Assembly (NCBI GenBank): GCA_963829055.1
Contig: CAWHHI010000016.1
Location: forward strand, 1,088,001 to 1,152,000
Length of the DNA stretch: 64,000 nucleotides
Reading direction: 5' to 3'
From: an uncultured Gemmatimonadaceae bacterium
GTDB lineage: Bacteria > Gemmatimonadota > Gemmatimonadetes > Gemmatimonadales > Gemmatimonadaceae
In this document: positions 22,702 to 33,937 of the stretch, piece by piece
Numbering within the stretch: the first letter of the stretch is position 1
Layout: the number at the start of each line of letters is the position of its first letter
Program-made: the position numbers and the translations under genes
Notes under the pieces: generated by a model
What the model saw: the letters and a program-made list of their open reading frames with translations, nothing else
Database searches by the model: none
What the model was told of the DNA's origin: nothing

Positions 22702-23531
22702 CCGCACAAACAACGGGCGAGCGCGCGGACGACTCGCTCGCGACAACGGGCGAGCACCCGATGAGCACGACCGCCGAACGCAAGGCGGTCGTCGAGCTGG
22801 CCGGACAGGCGCCGAGCAAGGAGTGGGTGATCGTCACGCGCGGCCTCAAGCGTGAATACGACATGGGTGGCGAAATCGTCCGTGCACTTCGCGGCGTCGA
22901 CATCGCCATCCGCCGGAACGAGTACGTCGCCATCATGGGACCGTCGGGGTCGGGCAAGTCGACGCTCATGAACCTCATCGGCTGTCTCGACACGCCTAAC
23001 GAGGGCGAGTACTGGCTCAACGGCGCGATGGTGTCCACGATGAGCGACGACGCGCTCGCCCGCGTGCGCAACAAGGAAATCGGGTTCGTATTCCAGACGT
23101 TCAACCTGCTCCCGCGCGCGACGGCGCTGCACAACGTCGAGCTGCCGCTCGTGTACGCGGGCGTTCCGTCCGACGAACGGAAGCGCCGCGCCCGGGAAGC
23201 GCTCGAGCGCGTGCAGCTCGGCAACCGCATGGATCACAGACCTAACGAGCTGTCGGGCGGACAACGCCAGCGCGTCGCCATCGCGCGCGCGCTCGTGAAC
23301 AACCCGTCCATCCTGCTCGCCGACGAACCGACCGGTAACCTCGATTCGCAGACGTCCGAAGAGATCATGCGCGTCTTCGAGTCGCTGGCGTCACAGGGGC
23401 AGACGGTCATCATGGTGACGCACGAGCCGGACATCGCGGCGCATGCTCGCCGCGTGGTCGTGCTTCGTGACGGCGTCATCGCAAGCGACGACCGCCGAGC
23501 GGCGTTCGCGGCGCGCGTAGGCCTCGAGTGA
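22698..23531 (+). CDS. MacB/LolD-type ABC transporter ATP-binding protein
   Basis: [34 protein letters not shown] and VTHE. Confidence 0.95.
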   Translation: MTAQTTGERADDSLATTGEHPMSTTAERKAVVELAGQAPSKEWVIVTRGLKREYDMGGEIVRALRGVDIAIRRNEYVAIMGPSGSGKSTLMNLIGCLDTPNEGEYWLNGAMVSTMSDDALARVRNKEIGFVFQTFNLLPRATALHNVELPLVYAGVPSDERKRRAREALERVQLGNRMDHRPNELSGGQRQRVAIARALVNNPSILLADEPTGNLDSQTSEEIMRVFESLASQGQTVIMVTHEPDIAAHARRVVVLRDGVIASDDRRAAFAARVGLE

Positions 23532-24769
23532 ACTTCCTCGAGGCCGTTCGGCTCGCATTGTCCCAGATCAGGGTGCAGAAGCTGAAGAGCTTCTTCACCC
23601 TGCTTGGTGTTGTCATCGGCGTGATGTTCCTCATCGCCGTCGTGTCCATCGTCGAGGGCATGAGCCGGTACGTCGAGGAAGACTTCGCCGCCAAGATCAT
23701 CGGCAAGAACACGTTCTCCTTTCGACGTCGCCCCGATGTGAACGTCGGCAACGTGAGCGAGGAGACGTGGCGCGAGTATTCGCGGCGCCCGCGAGTGTAC
23801 GAGCGGGACGTCGCCGTCGCGCGCAGTGCCCTGCCCCCCGGCACGCTGTCGGCCGTCGAGAACATGACGTTCGCCTACGCGAACTCGCAGTTCGCGCGGC
23901 CGCGCCAGGTGCAGGTGATCGCCACCGAGTCCGACTACTTCCGCATCAAATCGTACAACCTGACGAGCGGCCGTCTGTTCTCGCCGCAGGAGGCAGAGCT
24001 CGGAACACCGGTCGTCATCATCGGCACCGAGGTCGCGAGCCACTTCTTCCGCGGGCTCGACCCCGTCGGCCGCGAGCTGCGTATTGGCGGCACACCGTAC
24101 GCCATCATCGGCGTCCTCGAGAAGCAGGGCAACGTGTTCGGCTTCTCGCTGGATCGTATGGTGATCGGCCCCTACAAGTCTGCCCTGTCGCGCGTCACGA
24201 ACCCGCGAGGTGACGTCGATGCGCTGGTCGTGCAAGCGCCGTCGCGCGAGATGCTCGACGACGCCCTCGAGAGCGTTCGTGAAGTCATGCGTGGCTTCCG
24301 TCGACTGCCGCCGTCACGACCGGACAACTTTGCGCTCGAGACGTCCGATGCGGCGCTGTCCTTCTTCGATGAGCTCAAAGGAAAGTTGATTCTCTTCGGC
24401 ACTGCCCTTCCCGCGATCGGTCTCGTGGTAGGCGCCATGGTCATCATGAACATCATGCTTGTCGCAGTGGCCGAGCGTACGCGTGAGATCGGCATTCGCA
24501 AAGCGCTCGGGGCGAAACGTCGTGATATTCTGTCGCAGTTCCTCGTGGAGTCGGCGACGCTGAGCGTCATGGGTGCAGCGATAGGCATCGGACTCGGTAT
24601 CGCTCTCGCGAAAGTCATCGCCGCCGTGTCGCCGCTTCCGGCGAGCGTCGCGCCGTGGTCCATCCTGCTCGCGCTTGGCGTGGGTGCCGGCGTCGGAATC
24701 CTCGCCGGGATGTATCCCGCGAGCCGCGCGGCGCGGCTCGATCCCATCACCGCCCTCCGTCAGGAATAG
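23528..24769 (+). CDS. MacB/FtsX-type ABC permease 1
   Basis: [29 protein letters not shown] and [17 protein letters not shown]. Confidence 0.93.
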   Translation: MNFLEAVRLALSQIRVQKLKSFFTLLGVVIGVMFLIAVVSIVEGMSRYVEEDFAAKIIGKNTFSFRRRPDVNVGNVSEETWREYSRRPRVYERDVAVARSALPPGTLSAVENMTFAYANSQFARPRQVQVIATESDYFRIKSYNLTSGRLFSPQEAELGTPVVIIGTEVASHFFRGLDPVGRELRIGGTPYAIIGVLEKQGNVFGFSLDRMVIGPYKSALSRVTNPRGDVDALVVQAPSREMLDDALESVREVMRGFRRLPPSRPDNFALETSDAALSFFDELKGKLILFGTALPAIGLVVGAMVIMNIMLVAVAERTREIGIRKALGAKRRDILSQFLVESATLSVMGAAIGIGLGIALAKVIAAVSPLPASVAPWSILLALGVGAGVGILAGMYPASRAARLDPITALRQE

Positions 24770-24772
24770 CCG

Positions 24773-26039
24773 ATGCGATTTCTCGATCGGCTGACGATCA
24801 TCAAGGAAGGCGTCGGCATCGCCATCGACGCCATTCGCGCCAACAAGGTGCGCGCGAGCCTAACGATCATGGGTGTTGCCGTGGGCGTGTTCGTGGTCAC
24901 CGCGATGGCCGCCGCCGTGCACGGCATTCGCGCCAGCTTTCAGGGGGACGTCGAGGCATTCGGTGCGTCGTCCTTTCAGGTGCGGCGTCGCGGCATCCAG
25001 CTCGGTGGCTGCGACGGAAGCGACGACACCTGCCCCGAGCGACGCAACCCCGCGCTGACGGTGGGTGAGGCGGCTGCAATGCGTCGACTACCGAGCGTCG
25101 CCGCCGTGACCGTCCACTGGTCGGACTCGCGCCCGTTCCGCTTTCACGATCGCTACCTCCAGGATGTGGGGTACGACGCGATGAGCGCGGAATGGCTCGA
25201 GACTGACGCGGGCGACATCTCGCCAGGCCGCAATTTCTCTGCACTCGAGGAGCAGGCGGCGGCTCGTGTCGTGATCATCAACGACTCGCTCCAGGCGCAG
25301 CTGTTCGCCGAGGGTGACCCGATCGGGAAACAGATTCAGATCGCGTCACAGCCGTTCACCGTGATCGGCGTCTACCACACGAGCGCCGGCTTCCTCAAGA
25401 CGATGGACGGCCGCGGGCCGGACAAGCCGCGGGGTATCATCCCGTTCATGACGGCGCGACGTCACCTCGGCCTCTGGGATCGTGGCGTGAGCATGATGGT
25501 GAAGCCGCGTCCGGATGTGGATCAGGCGCAGGCCATGGACGACGTCACGGCGCTCATGCGCGGCATGCGCGGTCTGCGACCCGCGTCAGCCTAACAACTT
25601 TGCGCTCGTGACATCCGAGCGCATGATGGAAACGTTCGACAAGATATTCGGCGCCATTTTCATGGTCGGCCTCGCGCTCTCGGCGGTTGGGCTGATGGTG
25701 GGTGGCGTGGGCGTCGTCGCGATCATGATGATCAGCGTCACCGAGCGCACGCGCGAGATCGGCGTGCGAAAGGCGCTGGGCGCGACGAAGGGAACGATTC
25801 TCTGGCAGTTTCTCGTCGAGGCCGCGACACTGACATCGATTGGCGCGGTGATCGGTCTCATTGGCGGCGCCGGTGTTGCCGCGCTCATGAAGGCGTTCTC
25901 GCCCATCCCCGCGGCGGTGCCCGGACAGGCGATCCTTGCGGCGCTCGTAGGCAGCGCGCTAACCGGGATTCTGTTCGGCATGATGCCGGCTGCACGGGCG
26001 GCCCGACTCGATCCCGTCGAGGCGCTGCGATACGAATAG
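24773..26039 (+). CDS. MacB/FtsX-type ABC permease 2 (frameshift near 25587)
   Basis: NKVRASLTIMGVAVGV, then ERTREIGVRKALGA and PAARAARLDPVEALRYE in ORF 25515..26039. Confidence 0.9.
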
Positions 26040-26077
26040 GCCCCGACGCGAAGCTTCAGCACATGCGGTGTTCGTTG

Positions 26078-26113
26078 AAGCGGGGCGCGTCGAGACGACG
26101 CGCCCCGCTTTCT
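26078..26113 (+). terminator. Intrinsic terminator after permease 2
   Basis: AAGCGGGGCGCGTCG-aga-CGACGCGCCCCGCTT followed by TCT. Confidence 0.7.
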
Positions 26114-26312
26114 ATTGCCAGCGTCTCACGAACGATGGATGCTTCAGCATCGGTCGATCACGGTTGAGAATTTAGGCGTAACTAACTATATCTTTCCGCG
26201 GTCCTCAGATTGGGCGATCCCTCGCGATGGCGTATCTTACTTGTGAATCTTTTCACAAGAACGAGATCGCACAGGGTTGGTATCTCTCCTACCGGTAGGC
26301 GTCCCCCGACGC

Positions 26313-27555
26313 ATGCGATTCACTGACGTTCTCGGCATTGCCCTGGGACAGATCCGAGCGAACAAGCTCCGCTCGTTCTTCACCCTGCTCGGCATCATCG
26401 TCTCCGTCGCGTTTCTCGTCGCTGTCGTTGCGATCATCCAGGGGATGAACGCGTACGTCCGCGAGAACATCGCCGGCGCAGTCGTCGGCGCGAACGCGTT
26501 CCAGGTACGGCGAACTCCGCTTCAGCTGGCGCCAGTCGAGCGACGGAGATATGGACCGGATCCGGCGACGCCCGAGAATCACACAGCGTGACGCCGCAGC
26601 CGTCGCAGCGGCGCTCCCCGACGCGGCCGCCATCAGCATTCAATCCGGATGGCCGACACCGCAGGCGGATGTCGTCTGGCGCGACAAGACGCTCGCTGAC
26701 GTCCCCATTTTCGGCGTCACGCCGTCGTATCAGGAAGTCCAGGACTACCGGATCGCCGACGGACGTCCGCTCACGGACGTCGATCTGGCGCAGCGCCAAC
26801 CGGTCATCGTCGTCGGCGCCGAGATCGCGGAGAAGCTGTTCGAGAACATTCCGGCGGTCGGTCGCGACGTCCGCATTCTTGGCGAGCGCTACACCATCGT
26901 CGGTGTGATCAAGCCCAAGGGCCGAGTGCTCGGACAGTCGTTCGATGCGTTCGTGCTCATGCCGCTCAACCGCTTCGAAATGTTGTACGGCCGGCGCAGC
27001 ACCACGACGATCTCGGTCAAGATGAGCGAGGCGGTGGACGTCGCGCCCGCGATGGCTCGGGCCGAAGAAGCGATGCGCATCGCGCACGGGTTGCGGCCTA
27101 ACGAGGACAACGACTTCTCCGTCGAGACAGCCGATGCGCTCGTCAACTTCTGGAAGACGCTCACGCGCGTGCTGTTCAGCGTTATTCCCGCGGTGGTCGC
27201 CATCGGCATCGTCGTGGGCGGTATCGTCATCATGAACATCATGCTGATGGCCGTGAACGAGCGCACGCGCGAGATCGGCATCAGGAAAGCCGTCGGCGCG
27301 ACGCGCTCGGACATCAGCCGCCAGTTCTTCGTCGAGACGATCACACTCTCGAGCCTCGGTGGCGCGATCGGGGTTCTCGGCGGATGGATCTTCGCCATCG
27401 TCATCGCGTTCGCGTCGCCGCTTCCGGCACGCGTGAGCTACTGGTCCGTGATTCTCGCGCTGCTGCTGGGCGCCAGCGTCGGCGTGCTGTTCGGCGTGTA
27501 TCCGGCGAGACGCGCGGCACGCCTCGATCCGATCACCGCGTTGCGCGCGGAGTAG
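26313..27555 (+). CDS. MacB/FtsX-type ABC permease 3 (frameshift near 26530)
   Basis: MRFTDVLGIALGQIRANKLRSFFTLLG, then [14 protein letters not shown] and [17 protein letters not shown]. Confidence 0.9.
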
Positions 27556-27587
27556 ACCATGCGGCGTATCGTGACGAGGACCCTAAC

Positions 27588-28832
27588 GTGAAACTTCTCG
27601 ACCAGCTCCGCGAGAACATCGGCATCGCGTTCGACGCCCTGCGCACGAGCAAGCTGCGCTCGGCGCTCACGATTCTCGGAGTGGTGATCGGCGTATCGAC
27701 CGTCATGTCGATGGCGGCCATCGTGCGCGGCATCCAGAAGCAGATCGTGCGGACGATCGAGATCGCCGGCCCCACGACGTTCTACGTCGTGAAGGTGTAC
27801 TCGCAGACGCCGTTGAACCCGGACGCGCTGCCGAGGTGGGTGCGCGTCCGCCCCAATCTGACGAAGTACGAAGCTGACCGGATCGCGGCACTCCCCGAGA
27901 TCTCGTACGGCGCGATCTGGGCGCAGATCGCTGGCCGGCTCGAATACCAGGGACAGCGAACGCAGGTAACCCAGATCTTCGGCGCCGACGACAGGTACAC
28001 GGAGATTCAAGGCGGGGAGTTGACCTCGGGGCGCTGGTTCACGCGCGCGGAGTTGGCCGCCGGATCCTCCGTCGCCGTGGTCCAGGAGAACGCGGCGCGT
28101 CGGCTGTTCGGCCGCGAGAATCCGGTCGGAAAGACCATTCGGCTCGGCGGGCGTCCAGTCGAGGTCATTGGCCTCTACGTCCCGCCGGAGAACATCTTCG
28201 CGCCGCCGGGTGCGGAGACGGGCGCCATCGTTCCGTACGTGCTGCTCGATCACCAGTTCACGATCGACCATACGAACGGTCAGTACATCGCGATCAAGCC
28301 TCGCGCGAACGTCACGGTCGAACAGGCCCAGGAGGCCGTCACCGTGCTGCTTCGCGAGCTACGGCACCTCCGGCCCGCGGACAAGAACTCGTTCGACCTG
28401 ATGACGCAGGACCAGATCCTCGACATCTTCGACAAGCTCACTGGCGCGTTCTTCCTCGTCATGATCGTGCTATCATCGGTCGGGCTCATGGTCGGAGGCA
28501 TCGGCGTGATGGCGATCATGATGGTGTCCGTCACGGACCGCACGAGGGAGATCGGCGTCCGAAAAGCGCTCGGTGCCACGCGAGGCGACATCATGCTCCA
28601 GTTTCTCATCGAGGCGGCCACGCTGACCGGGATCGGCGGGGTGATCGGGATCGCGCTCGGGCTGGGTATGGGCGGTATCGTGACGAAGCTGATGAAAGTC
28701 GATGCGGCGCCGCCTGCGTCTCTTACGGCGATCGCCGTCACGGTGTCGATCGGCATCGGCGTCATCTTTGGCCTTCTGCCCGCCCGCCGAGCGTCACGGC
28801 TGGACCCGGTCGAAGCCCTCCGGTACGAGTAG
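27588..28832 (+). CDS. MacB/FtsX-type ABC permease 4
   Basis: SKLRSALTILGVVIGV, DRTREIGVRKALGA and PARRASRLDPVEALRYE. The GTG start follows a GAGGA RBS. Confidence 0.92.
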   Translation: MKLLDQLRENIGIAFDALRTSKLRSALTILGVVIGVSTVMSMAAIVRGIQKQIVRTIEIAGPTTFYVVKVYSQTPLNPDALPRWVRVRPNLTKYEADRIAALPEISYGAIWAQIAGRLEYQGQRTQVTQIFGADDRYTEIQGGELTSGRWFTRAELAAGSSVAVVQENAARRLFGRENPVGKTIRLGGRPVEVIGLYVPPENIFAPPGAETGAIVPYVLLDHQFTIDHTNGQYIAIKPRANVTVEQAQEAVTVLLRELRHLRPADKNSFDLMTQDQILDIFDKLTGAFFLVMIVLSSVGLMVGGIGVMAIMMVSVTDRTREIGVRKALGATRGDIMLQFLIEAATLTGIGGVIGIALGLGMGGIVTKLMKVDAAPPASLTAIAVTVSIGIGVIFGLLPARRASRLDPVEALRYE

Positions 28833-28851
28833 CTCGTGTTAGGTTCCGCGC

Positions 28852-29571
28852 ATGTCTGATTTGCACGTTCTCGCGATCTTCGCCCACCGAGACGACGCCG
28901 AGCTCACATGCGGCGGCACCTTGATCAAGCTCGCCGGTCAGGGGCACCGAGCCGGGATTCTCGATCTCACCGCCGGCGAGATGGGATCACGCGGGTCCGC
29001 CGATCTGCGCGGGGCGGAGGCGGATCGCGCGGCAGCGATCATGGGCCTCGCGGTGCGCGAGAACCTCGGGCTGCCTGACGCGGGCATCATGAACACGCCG
29101 GAGACCCGTCGTCTCGTGGCGCGGGTCATCCGGCGGCTTCGTCCGACGATCGTGATCGCGCCCGCTCAGCAGGGGCGACATCCCGATCACCGGATTGCGT
29201 CCGAGCTCGTGCGCGACGCGTGCTTCATCTCGGGGCTCGCCAAGATCGAGCCCGATCTGCCGAAGCACCGTCCGCGGAAGGTCATTCACTGCCTTTCGTA
29301 TCGCGAGGATCATCTGCGCCCGACGTTCGTCGTCGACATCTCGGCCGAGTTCGAACGGAAGCTCGAAGCGATTCGCTGCTACGGGTCACAGTTCGATAGC
29401 GTCACGCAGGCGGGCGAAGTGTACCCGAACGGCGATCCGCTGTACGACATCGTCCGTCATCAGGCCGCGCACTACGGTTCGTTGATCCGCACGCGCTACG
29501 GCGAGCCATTCTTCACGACCGAGACGATGCGCGTCGACGACATCACCACGCTCGAGGTAGCGACGTTTTGA
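28852..29571 (+). CDS. bshB1: PIG-L family deacetylase, bacillithiol biosynthesis BshB1-like
   Basis: AHRDDAELTCGGT, DLTAGEMGSRG, NLGLPD, RHPDH, FVVDIS and YGEPF. Confidence 0.8.
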   Translation: MSDLHVLAIFAHRDDAELTCGGTLIKLAGQGHRAGILDLTAGEMGSRGSADLRGAEADRAAAIMGLAVRENLGLPDAGIMNTPETRRLVARVIRRLRPTIVIAPAQQGRHPDHRIASELVRDACFISGLAKIEPDLPKHRPRKVIHCLSYREDHLRPTFVVDISAEFERKLEAIRCYGSQFDSVTQAGEVYPNGDPLYDIVRHQAAHYGSLIRTRYGEPFFTTETMRVDDITTLEVATF

Positions 29572-30380
29572 CCCCTCCCGACGAGTCGCACGCTGCCGCT
29601 CCCGTATCGTACGGGTCCTACCTCGCGCTCGACGAGCTTCTCTCGCTGCAGCGGCCGCGCGCGGTGCCGGAGCACCCCGACGAGCTGCTGTTCATCGTCG
29701 TGCATCAGGCGAGTGAGCTGTGGTTCAAGTGCATTCTCCATGAGATGGACCAACTCGTCGCGGCGATGGAGCGCGGTGAAGTCATGTACGCCGTCCTCAC
29801 CGTCCGGCGTATCAACGCGCTCGTGCAGATCGTTTCGTCGCAGCTCGCCGCGCTCGAGACGATGCCGCCCCAGCACTTCGCGCAATTTCGCGGCTACCTC
29901 GGCACGTCGAGCGGTTCGCAGAGCGTGCAGTTCCGCGCGCTCGAAGCAGCGTCGGGATCGCGCGATCCACACTTCATGCACGTGATCCAGGAACACGGTG
30001 AGGTTCCGGATCTCATCAAGCAGGCGCTCGGGCGCCCGACACTGGAGGAGCTATTCGAGCGCCTGGCGGCGCGCGAAGCCGTGACGGTGGAGTCGCTCTA
30101 CACCGGTCCCGCTCCCACGCCGCTGTTTCTGCTGGCCGAGGGGCTGTTGGAGTACGACTCGGGATTTGCCAGGTGGCGATTTCTGCACGTGCAGCTGGTC
30201 GAACGCATCATCGGGCCGGCCACCGGCGGAACCGGCGGTACGTTAGGCGCGCGCTATCTCCAGCGAACGATCGCGCAGCGATTCCTGCCACGCCTGTGGG
30301 CAGTGCGGGCGAAGTTCTACAACGCGACATCGCCGGACACCGCGGGCGGCGATTCGACGGGGGACGCGAGTCCGCGGTGA
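29568..30380 (+). CDS. kynA: Tryptophan 2,3-dioxygenase
   Basis: YGSYLALDELLSLQ, DELLFIVVHQASELWFK, SGSQSVQFR, WRFLHVQLVERIIG and GTGG. Confidence 0.92.
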   Translation: MTPPDESHAAAPVSYGSYLALDELLSLQRPRAVPEHPDELLFIVVHQASELWFKCILHEMDQLVAAMERGEVMYAVLTVRRINALVQIVSSQLAALETMPPQHFAQFRGYLGTSSGSQSVQFRALEAASGSRDPHFMHVIQEHGEVPDLIKQALGRPTLEELFERLAAREAVTVESLYTGPAPTPLFLLAEGLLEYDSGFARWRFLHVQLVERIIGPATGGTGGTLGARYLQRTIAQRFLPRLWAVRAKFYNATSPDTAGGDSTGDASPR

Positions 30381-31003
30381 TCCGGGACATCAGCATCGCG
30401 CTGCGAGAAGGCACGCCTGAGTGGCCCGGCGATACGCCGTTCGCCTGCCGATGGGCGACGCTCATCGCCAACGGCGAGAGCGTGAACGTGTCGGCAGTGA
30501 TCGGGAGCCCGCACGTCGGGACGCATGCTGACGCGCCGCTCCACGTGCGCGATGGCTGGCCCGGTTCGCATGAGCTGCCGCTCGAGGCGTTCGTCGGCCC
30601 GGCGACCGTGGTGGACGTCAGCGGGCATTCGGGCGTCATCGAGGCCGACGCGTTAGGCTACGACCCCGAAGCCCACGGCGAACGGCTGCTGCTGAGAACC
30701 GGCAGGACGATCGCCGGCGGCCAGTTTCCTAACGAGTGGCCGACGCTGAGCGAGGCGTGCGTGCGCGCGCTGGTCGGGCGTGGACTGCGGCTGCTGGGCG
30801 TTGATGCGCCGTCGGTGGACACGAGGGAAAGCAAGACGCTCCCGGTGCATCACATGCTGTTCTCGGGCAACGCATACATCCTCGAGAATCTCGATCTGCG
30901 CCGCGTGCCCACGGGGCCATACGAGCTGATCGCGCTTCCGCTCAAGTTCATGGCGCTGGATGCCGCGCCCGTGCGCGCCGTTCTCCGCGACGTACAGGGC
31001 TGA
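30377..31003 (+). CDS. kynB: Kynurenine formamidase (cyclase family)
   Basis: WPGDTPF, HVGTHADAPLH, GVDAPSVD, ILENLDL, YELIALPLK and DAAPVRA. It overlaps the kynA stop. Confidence 0.9.
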   Translation: MIRDISIALREGTPEWPGDTPFACRWATLIANGESVNVSAVIGSPHVGTHADAPLHVRDGWPGSHELPLEAFVGPATVVDVSGHSGVIEADALGYDPEAHGERLLLRTGRTIAGGQFPNEWPTLSEACVRALVGRGLRLLGVDAPSVDTRESKTLPVHHMLFSGNAYILENLDLRRVPTGPYELIALPLKFMALDAAPVRAVLRDVQG

Positions 31004-31012
31004 GACACGCGG

Positions 31013-31984
31013 GTGACCACGCCGCCCGGCTACGCGATTCGCGCCGACCAGCTCACGTGTGACTTCGGCCCGGTGCGAGCACTCGACTCCCTCTCGCTCG
31101 AAGTGCCCAGCGGGATCGTGTTCGGATTTCTCGGACCTAACGGCGCCGGGAAAACCACAGCCATCCGCGCGTTCCTCGGTCTCATCGATCCGAGCGCGGG
31201 CCGGGCCGAAGTCCTCGGCTTCGACACCCGCCGGGAAGCGACGACAATTCGCACGCGCTGCGGCGCGTTGCTCGAGCATCCTGGCCTGTACGAGCGACTC
31301 ACAGCGAAGGCGAACCTCGACTTCTATGGGCGTGCGTGGCACATACCGCGGCCCGTCCGGCAGGATCGCATCCGCGAGTTGCTGACGCGGTTCGGACTGT
31401 GGGACCGACGCGACGACCCAGTCGGCCGCTGGAGCCGTGGCATGAAGCAGAAGCTGGCGGTCGCGCGCGCTGTGCTGCATCGCCCCGCTCTGGTATTTCT
31501 CGATGAGCCGACGTCCGGGCTGGATCCGGTGGCGACCGTGGGCCTGCGTGAGGATCTCGCCGCGCTCGCCGCCCAGGAAGGCGTCACCGTGTTCCTGACC
31601 ACGCACAATCTCAACGAAGCCGAACGGCTGTGCGCGCAGGTCGGTGTGATTCGCGGCGGGAAACTGCTCGCCGTCGGTAGTCCCGAGTCGCTCCGTGCGC
31701 GACGCGATTCCGGACGCGTGCGCATCTCCGCCCGCGGATTGACCGAGGAGCTACTCATGTCGCTCCGGGCACGGCCGGACATCCAGTCAGCGGCGGCGGA
31801 CGACGGTCAGCTGTCGCTCGCCCTCCGGAATGGCGCGAACGTCGCACCGATCGTGGCGTGGCTCGTCCAGCACGACGTCGAGGTGGAGGAGGTCGTGAAG
31901 ACGCGCGCGACACTCGAGGACGCGTTTCTCGATCTCATGGGGCTGGACGCCGCCGGACCGGCGCTCGGCAGGGGTGACGCGTGA
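31013..31984 (+). CDS. ABC-2 type transporter ATP-binding protein
   Basis: GPNGAGKTT, WSRGMKQK, LDEPTSGLD, TTHNLNEAE and TLEDAFL. Confidence 0.92.
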   Translation: MTTPPGYAIRADQLTCDFGPVRALDSLSLEVPSGIVFGFLGPNGAGKTTAIRAFLGLIDPSAGRAEVLGFDTRREATTIRTRCGALLEHPGLYERLTAKANLDFYGRAWHIPRPVRQDRIRELLTRFGLWDRRDDPVGRWSRGMKQKLAVARAVLHRPALVFLDEPTSGLDPVATVGLREDLAALAAQEGVTVFLTTHNLNEAERLCAQVGVIRGGKLLAVGSPESLRARRDSGRVRISARGLTEELLMSLRARPDIQSAAADDGQLSLALRNGANVAPIVAWLVQHDVEVEEVVKTRATLEDAFLDLMGLDAAGPALGRGDA

Positions 31985-32718
31985 TCGCGGACATCTGGAC
32001 GGTCACCTGGAAGGAGTGGCAGGAGTTCCGCGATCAGCTGCTGTCGCTGCGCCGCGGCGGCCTGTCGGCGCTGATCCTCGCGCTCATTCTCGGCGTCGTG
32101 GCGCCGGTGCAGCTCGGACCGGAATGGGTGCACTCCAGGATCGTCATTGCGTACTGGCCATTCCTCGCCGCCACGATGGTCTCGTCGCTCATTGCCGATT
32201 CGGTCGCGGGAGAACGCGAGCGGCACACGCTCGAGACGCTGCTGGCGAGTCGATTGTCCGATTCGGCGATCCTCATCGGGAAGATCATCGCTGCCGTGCT
32301 GTATGGGGTGGGGTTCGCCGTCGCGAACATGCTGATCGGTCTCGTCGCGGTGAACATCGCCTATCGCGAGAGCGCGCCCATTCTGTTTGCACCGCAGCGG
32401 TTCGCGGTGACCATCATCCTCACAATTCTGGCCTCGCTGCTCATGGCCGGCATTGGCGTGTTCATCTCGCTCCGCGCGTCGACCGTCAAACAGGCGCAGC
32501 AGGCGTTTGGGATCGCGATCATTGTCATCACCATGGGGCCGCTGCTGCTGTTCAACGCGCTGGCGCCGGAGATGCGTGAAAGCCTCGTGCGGCGCATTGC
32601 GGACGTCGGAGAGTCCCGAATGGAGACCTATGCGGTCGGGATGCTCTTCGTCATGTCCGCGATTGTGATCGGCGTGGCGCTCGCGAGGTTCAAGCGAGGC
32701 AAGCTGGTGCTGGACTGA
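31981..32718 (+). CDS. ABC-2 type transporter permease
   Basis: Six TM segments and ADSVAGERERHTLETLLAS. Confidence 0.88.
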   Translation: MIADIWTVTWKEWQEFRDQLLSLRRGGLSALILALILGVVAPVQLGPEWVHSRIVIAYWPFLAATMVSSLIADSVAGERERHTLETLLASRLSDSAILIGKIIAAVLYGVGFAVANMLIGLVAVNIAYRESAPILFAPQRFAVTIILTILASLLMAGIGVFISLRASTVKQAQQAFGIAIIVITMGPLLLFNALAPEMRESLVRRIADVGESRMETYAVGMLFVMSAIVIGVALARFKRGKLVLD

Positions 32719-32770
32719 CTAACCCCGGCCAAGCCTTCTCCGGGTTTATCGCCAAATGCTATATTGACTT

Positions 32771-33931
32771 ATGCCACAGCCCGTCTATCTCGACCACGCA
32801 GCGACCACGCCGGTGCGCCCGGAGGTCGTCGCAGCGATGGAACCGTTCTACGGTCCGCGATTCGGCAATCCCTCGAGCGTTCATCGTTGGGGGCGTGAGG
32901 CGCGCGCTGCTCTGGACGAGGCGCGTGAGCGCGTTGCCCGGTGCCTTGGTGCAAAGCCGGACGAGGTGTGCTTCACGTCTGGGGGCACGGAAGCGGACAA
33001 CCTCGCGATCCTCGGCCCACTGCGCTCGCAGCGCGCGAAGGGACGCACCGCGATCGTCACGTCTCCGATCGAGCACAAGGCCGTGCTCGAGACCGTGCAT
33101 CACGCGGCGCGCAATGGCGTGACGGAGCGCATGCTCGGCGTTCTGCCTAACGGCGTGGTCGATCTGTCGTCCGTCGATGACGTCGTTGACGACTCGGTGG
33201 CCGTGTGCACGGTCATGTGGGTCAACAACGAGATCGGAACCATCCAGCCCGTTCCGGAGATCGCGAAGGCCGTGAAGGCGCGTGGTGGCGTCATGCACAC
33301 GGATGCCGTGCAGGCATTCGGCAAGCTCGCCATCGATGTGAAGACCGTGCCCGTCGACCTCCTGACGATTTCAGGGCACAAGATCGGAGCGCCAAAGGGC
33401 GTCGGCGCGATGTTCATCCGACGCGGCACACAGATCGACCCAATGTTCCATGGTGGATCTCAGGATCGCGGACGACGTCCAGGGACCGAGAACGTTGCTG
33501 CTGCCGTCGCGCTTGCGTGTGCGGCGGAGTTGGCGATCGCCGAGCACGACGCCGAGTGTACGCGTCTCGCGTCGCTGCGAGATGCGCTGGAGGAGGGATT
33601 GGTGGCGCGCATCCCCAATGCGGTCGTGCACGGCCGGGGTGCACCGCGAGCGGCGCACATTCTCAACCTCTCTGTTCCCGGCACCGACAGCGAATCGCTG
33701 CTCATGGCGCTCGACCTCGCGGGTGTTGCGGCCTCCTCTGGCTCTGCGTGTCAGAGCGGAAGCGTCACGCCATCGCACGTGCTGCGGGCCATGGGTGTTC
33801 GTCCGGAGCTCGCGGTGGCGGCCATTCGCATGAGCCTCGGCGCGCTCACGACGCCGGAGTGCGTGAGCCGCGTCGTCGAGCTGTTCCCTGCCCTGATCGC
33901 GAAGGCCCGCCGCCTGTCTGGTGTGGCGTAG
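32771..33931 (+). CDS. iscS: Cysteine desulfurase (IscS/NifS type)
   Basis: YLDHAATTP, FTSGGTEADN, HTDAVQ, SGHKIGAPKG, RPGTEN and SSGSAC. It lies next to mnmA. Confidence 0.93.
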   Translation: MPQPVYLDHAATTPVRPEVVAAMEPFYGPRFGNPSSVHRWGREARAALDEARERVARCLGAKPDEVCFTSGGTEADNLAILGPLRSQRAKGRTAIVTSPIEHKAVLETVHHAARNGVTERMLGVLPNGVVDLSSVDDVVDDSVAVCTVMWVNNEIGTIQPVPEIAKAVKARGGVMHTDAVQAFGKLAIDVKTVPVDLLTISGHKIGAPKGVGAMFIRRGTQIDPMFHGGSQDRGRRPGTENVAAAVALACAAELAIAEHDAECTRLASLRDALEEGLVARIPNAVVHGRGAPRAAHILNLSVPGTDSESLLMALDLAGVAASSGSACQSGSVTPSHVLRAMGVRPELAVAAIRMSLGALTTPECVSRVVELFPALIAKARRLSGVA

Positions 33932-33937
33932 CTGATC

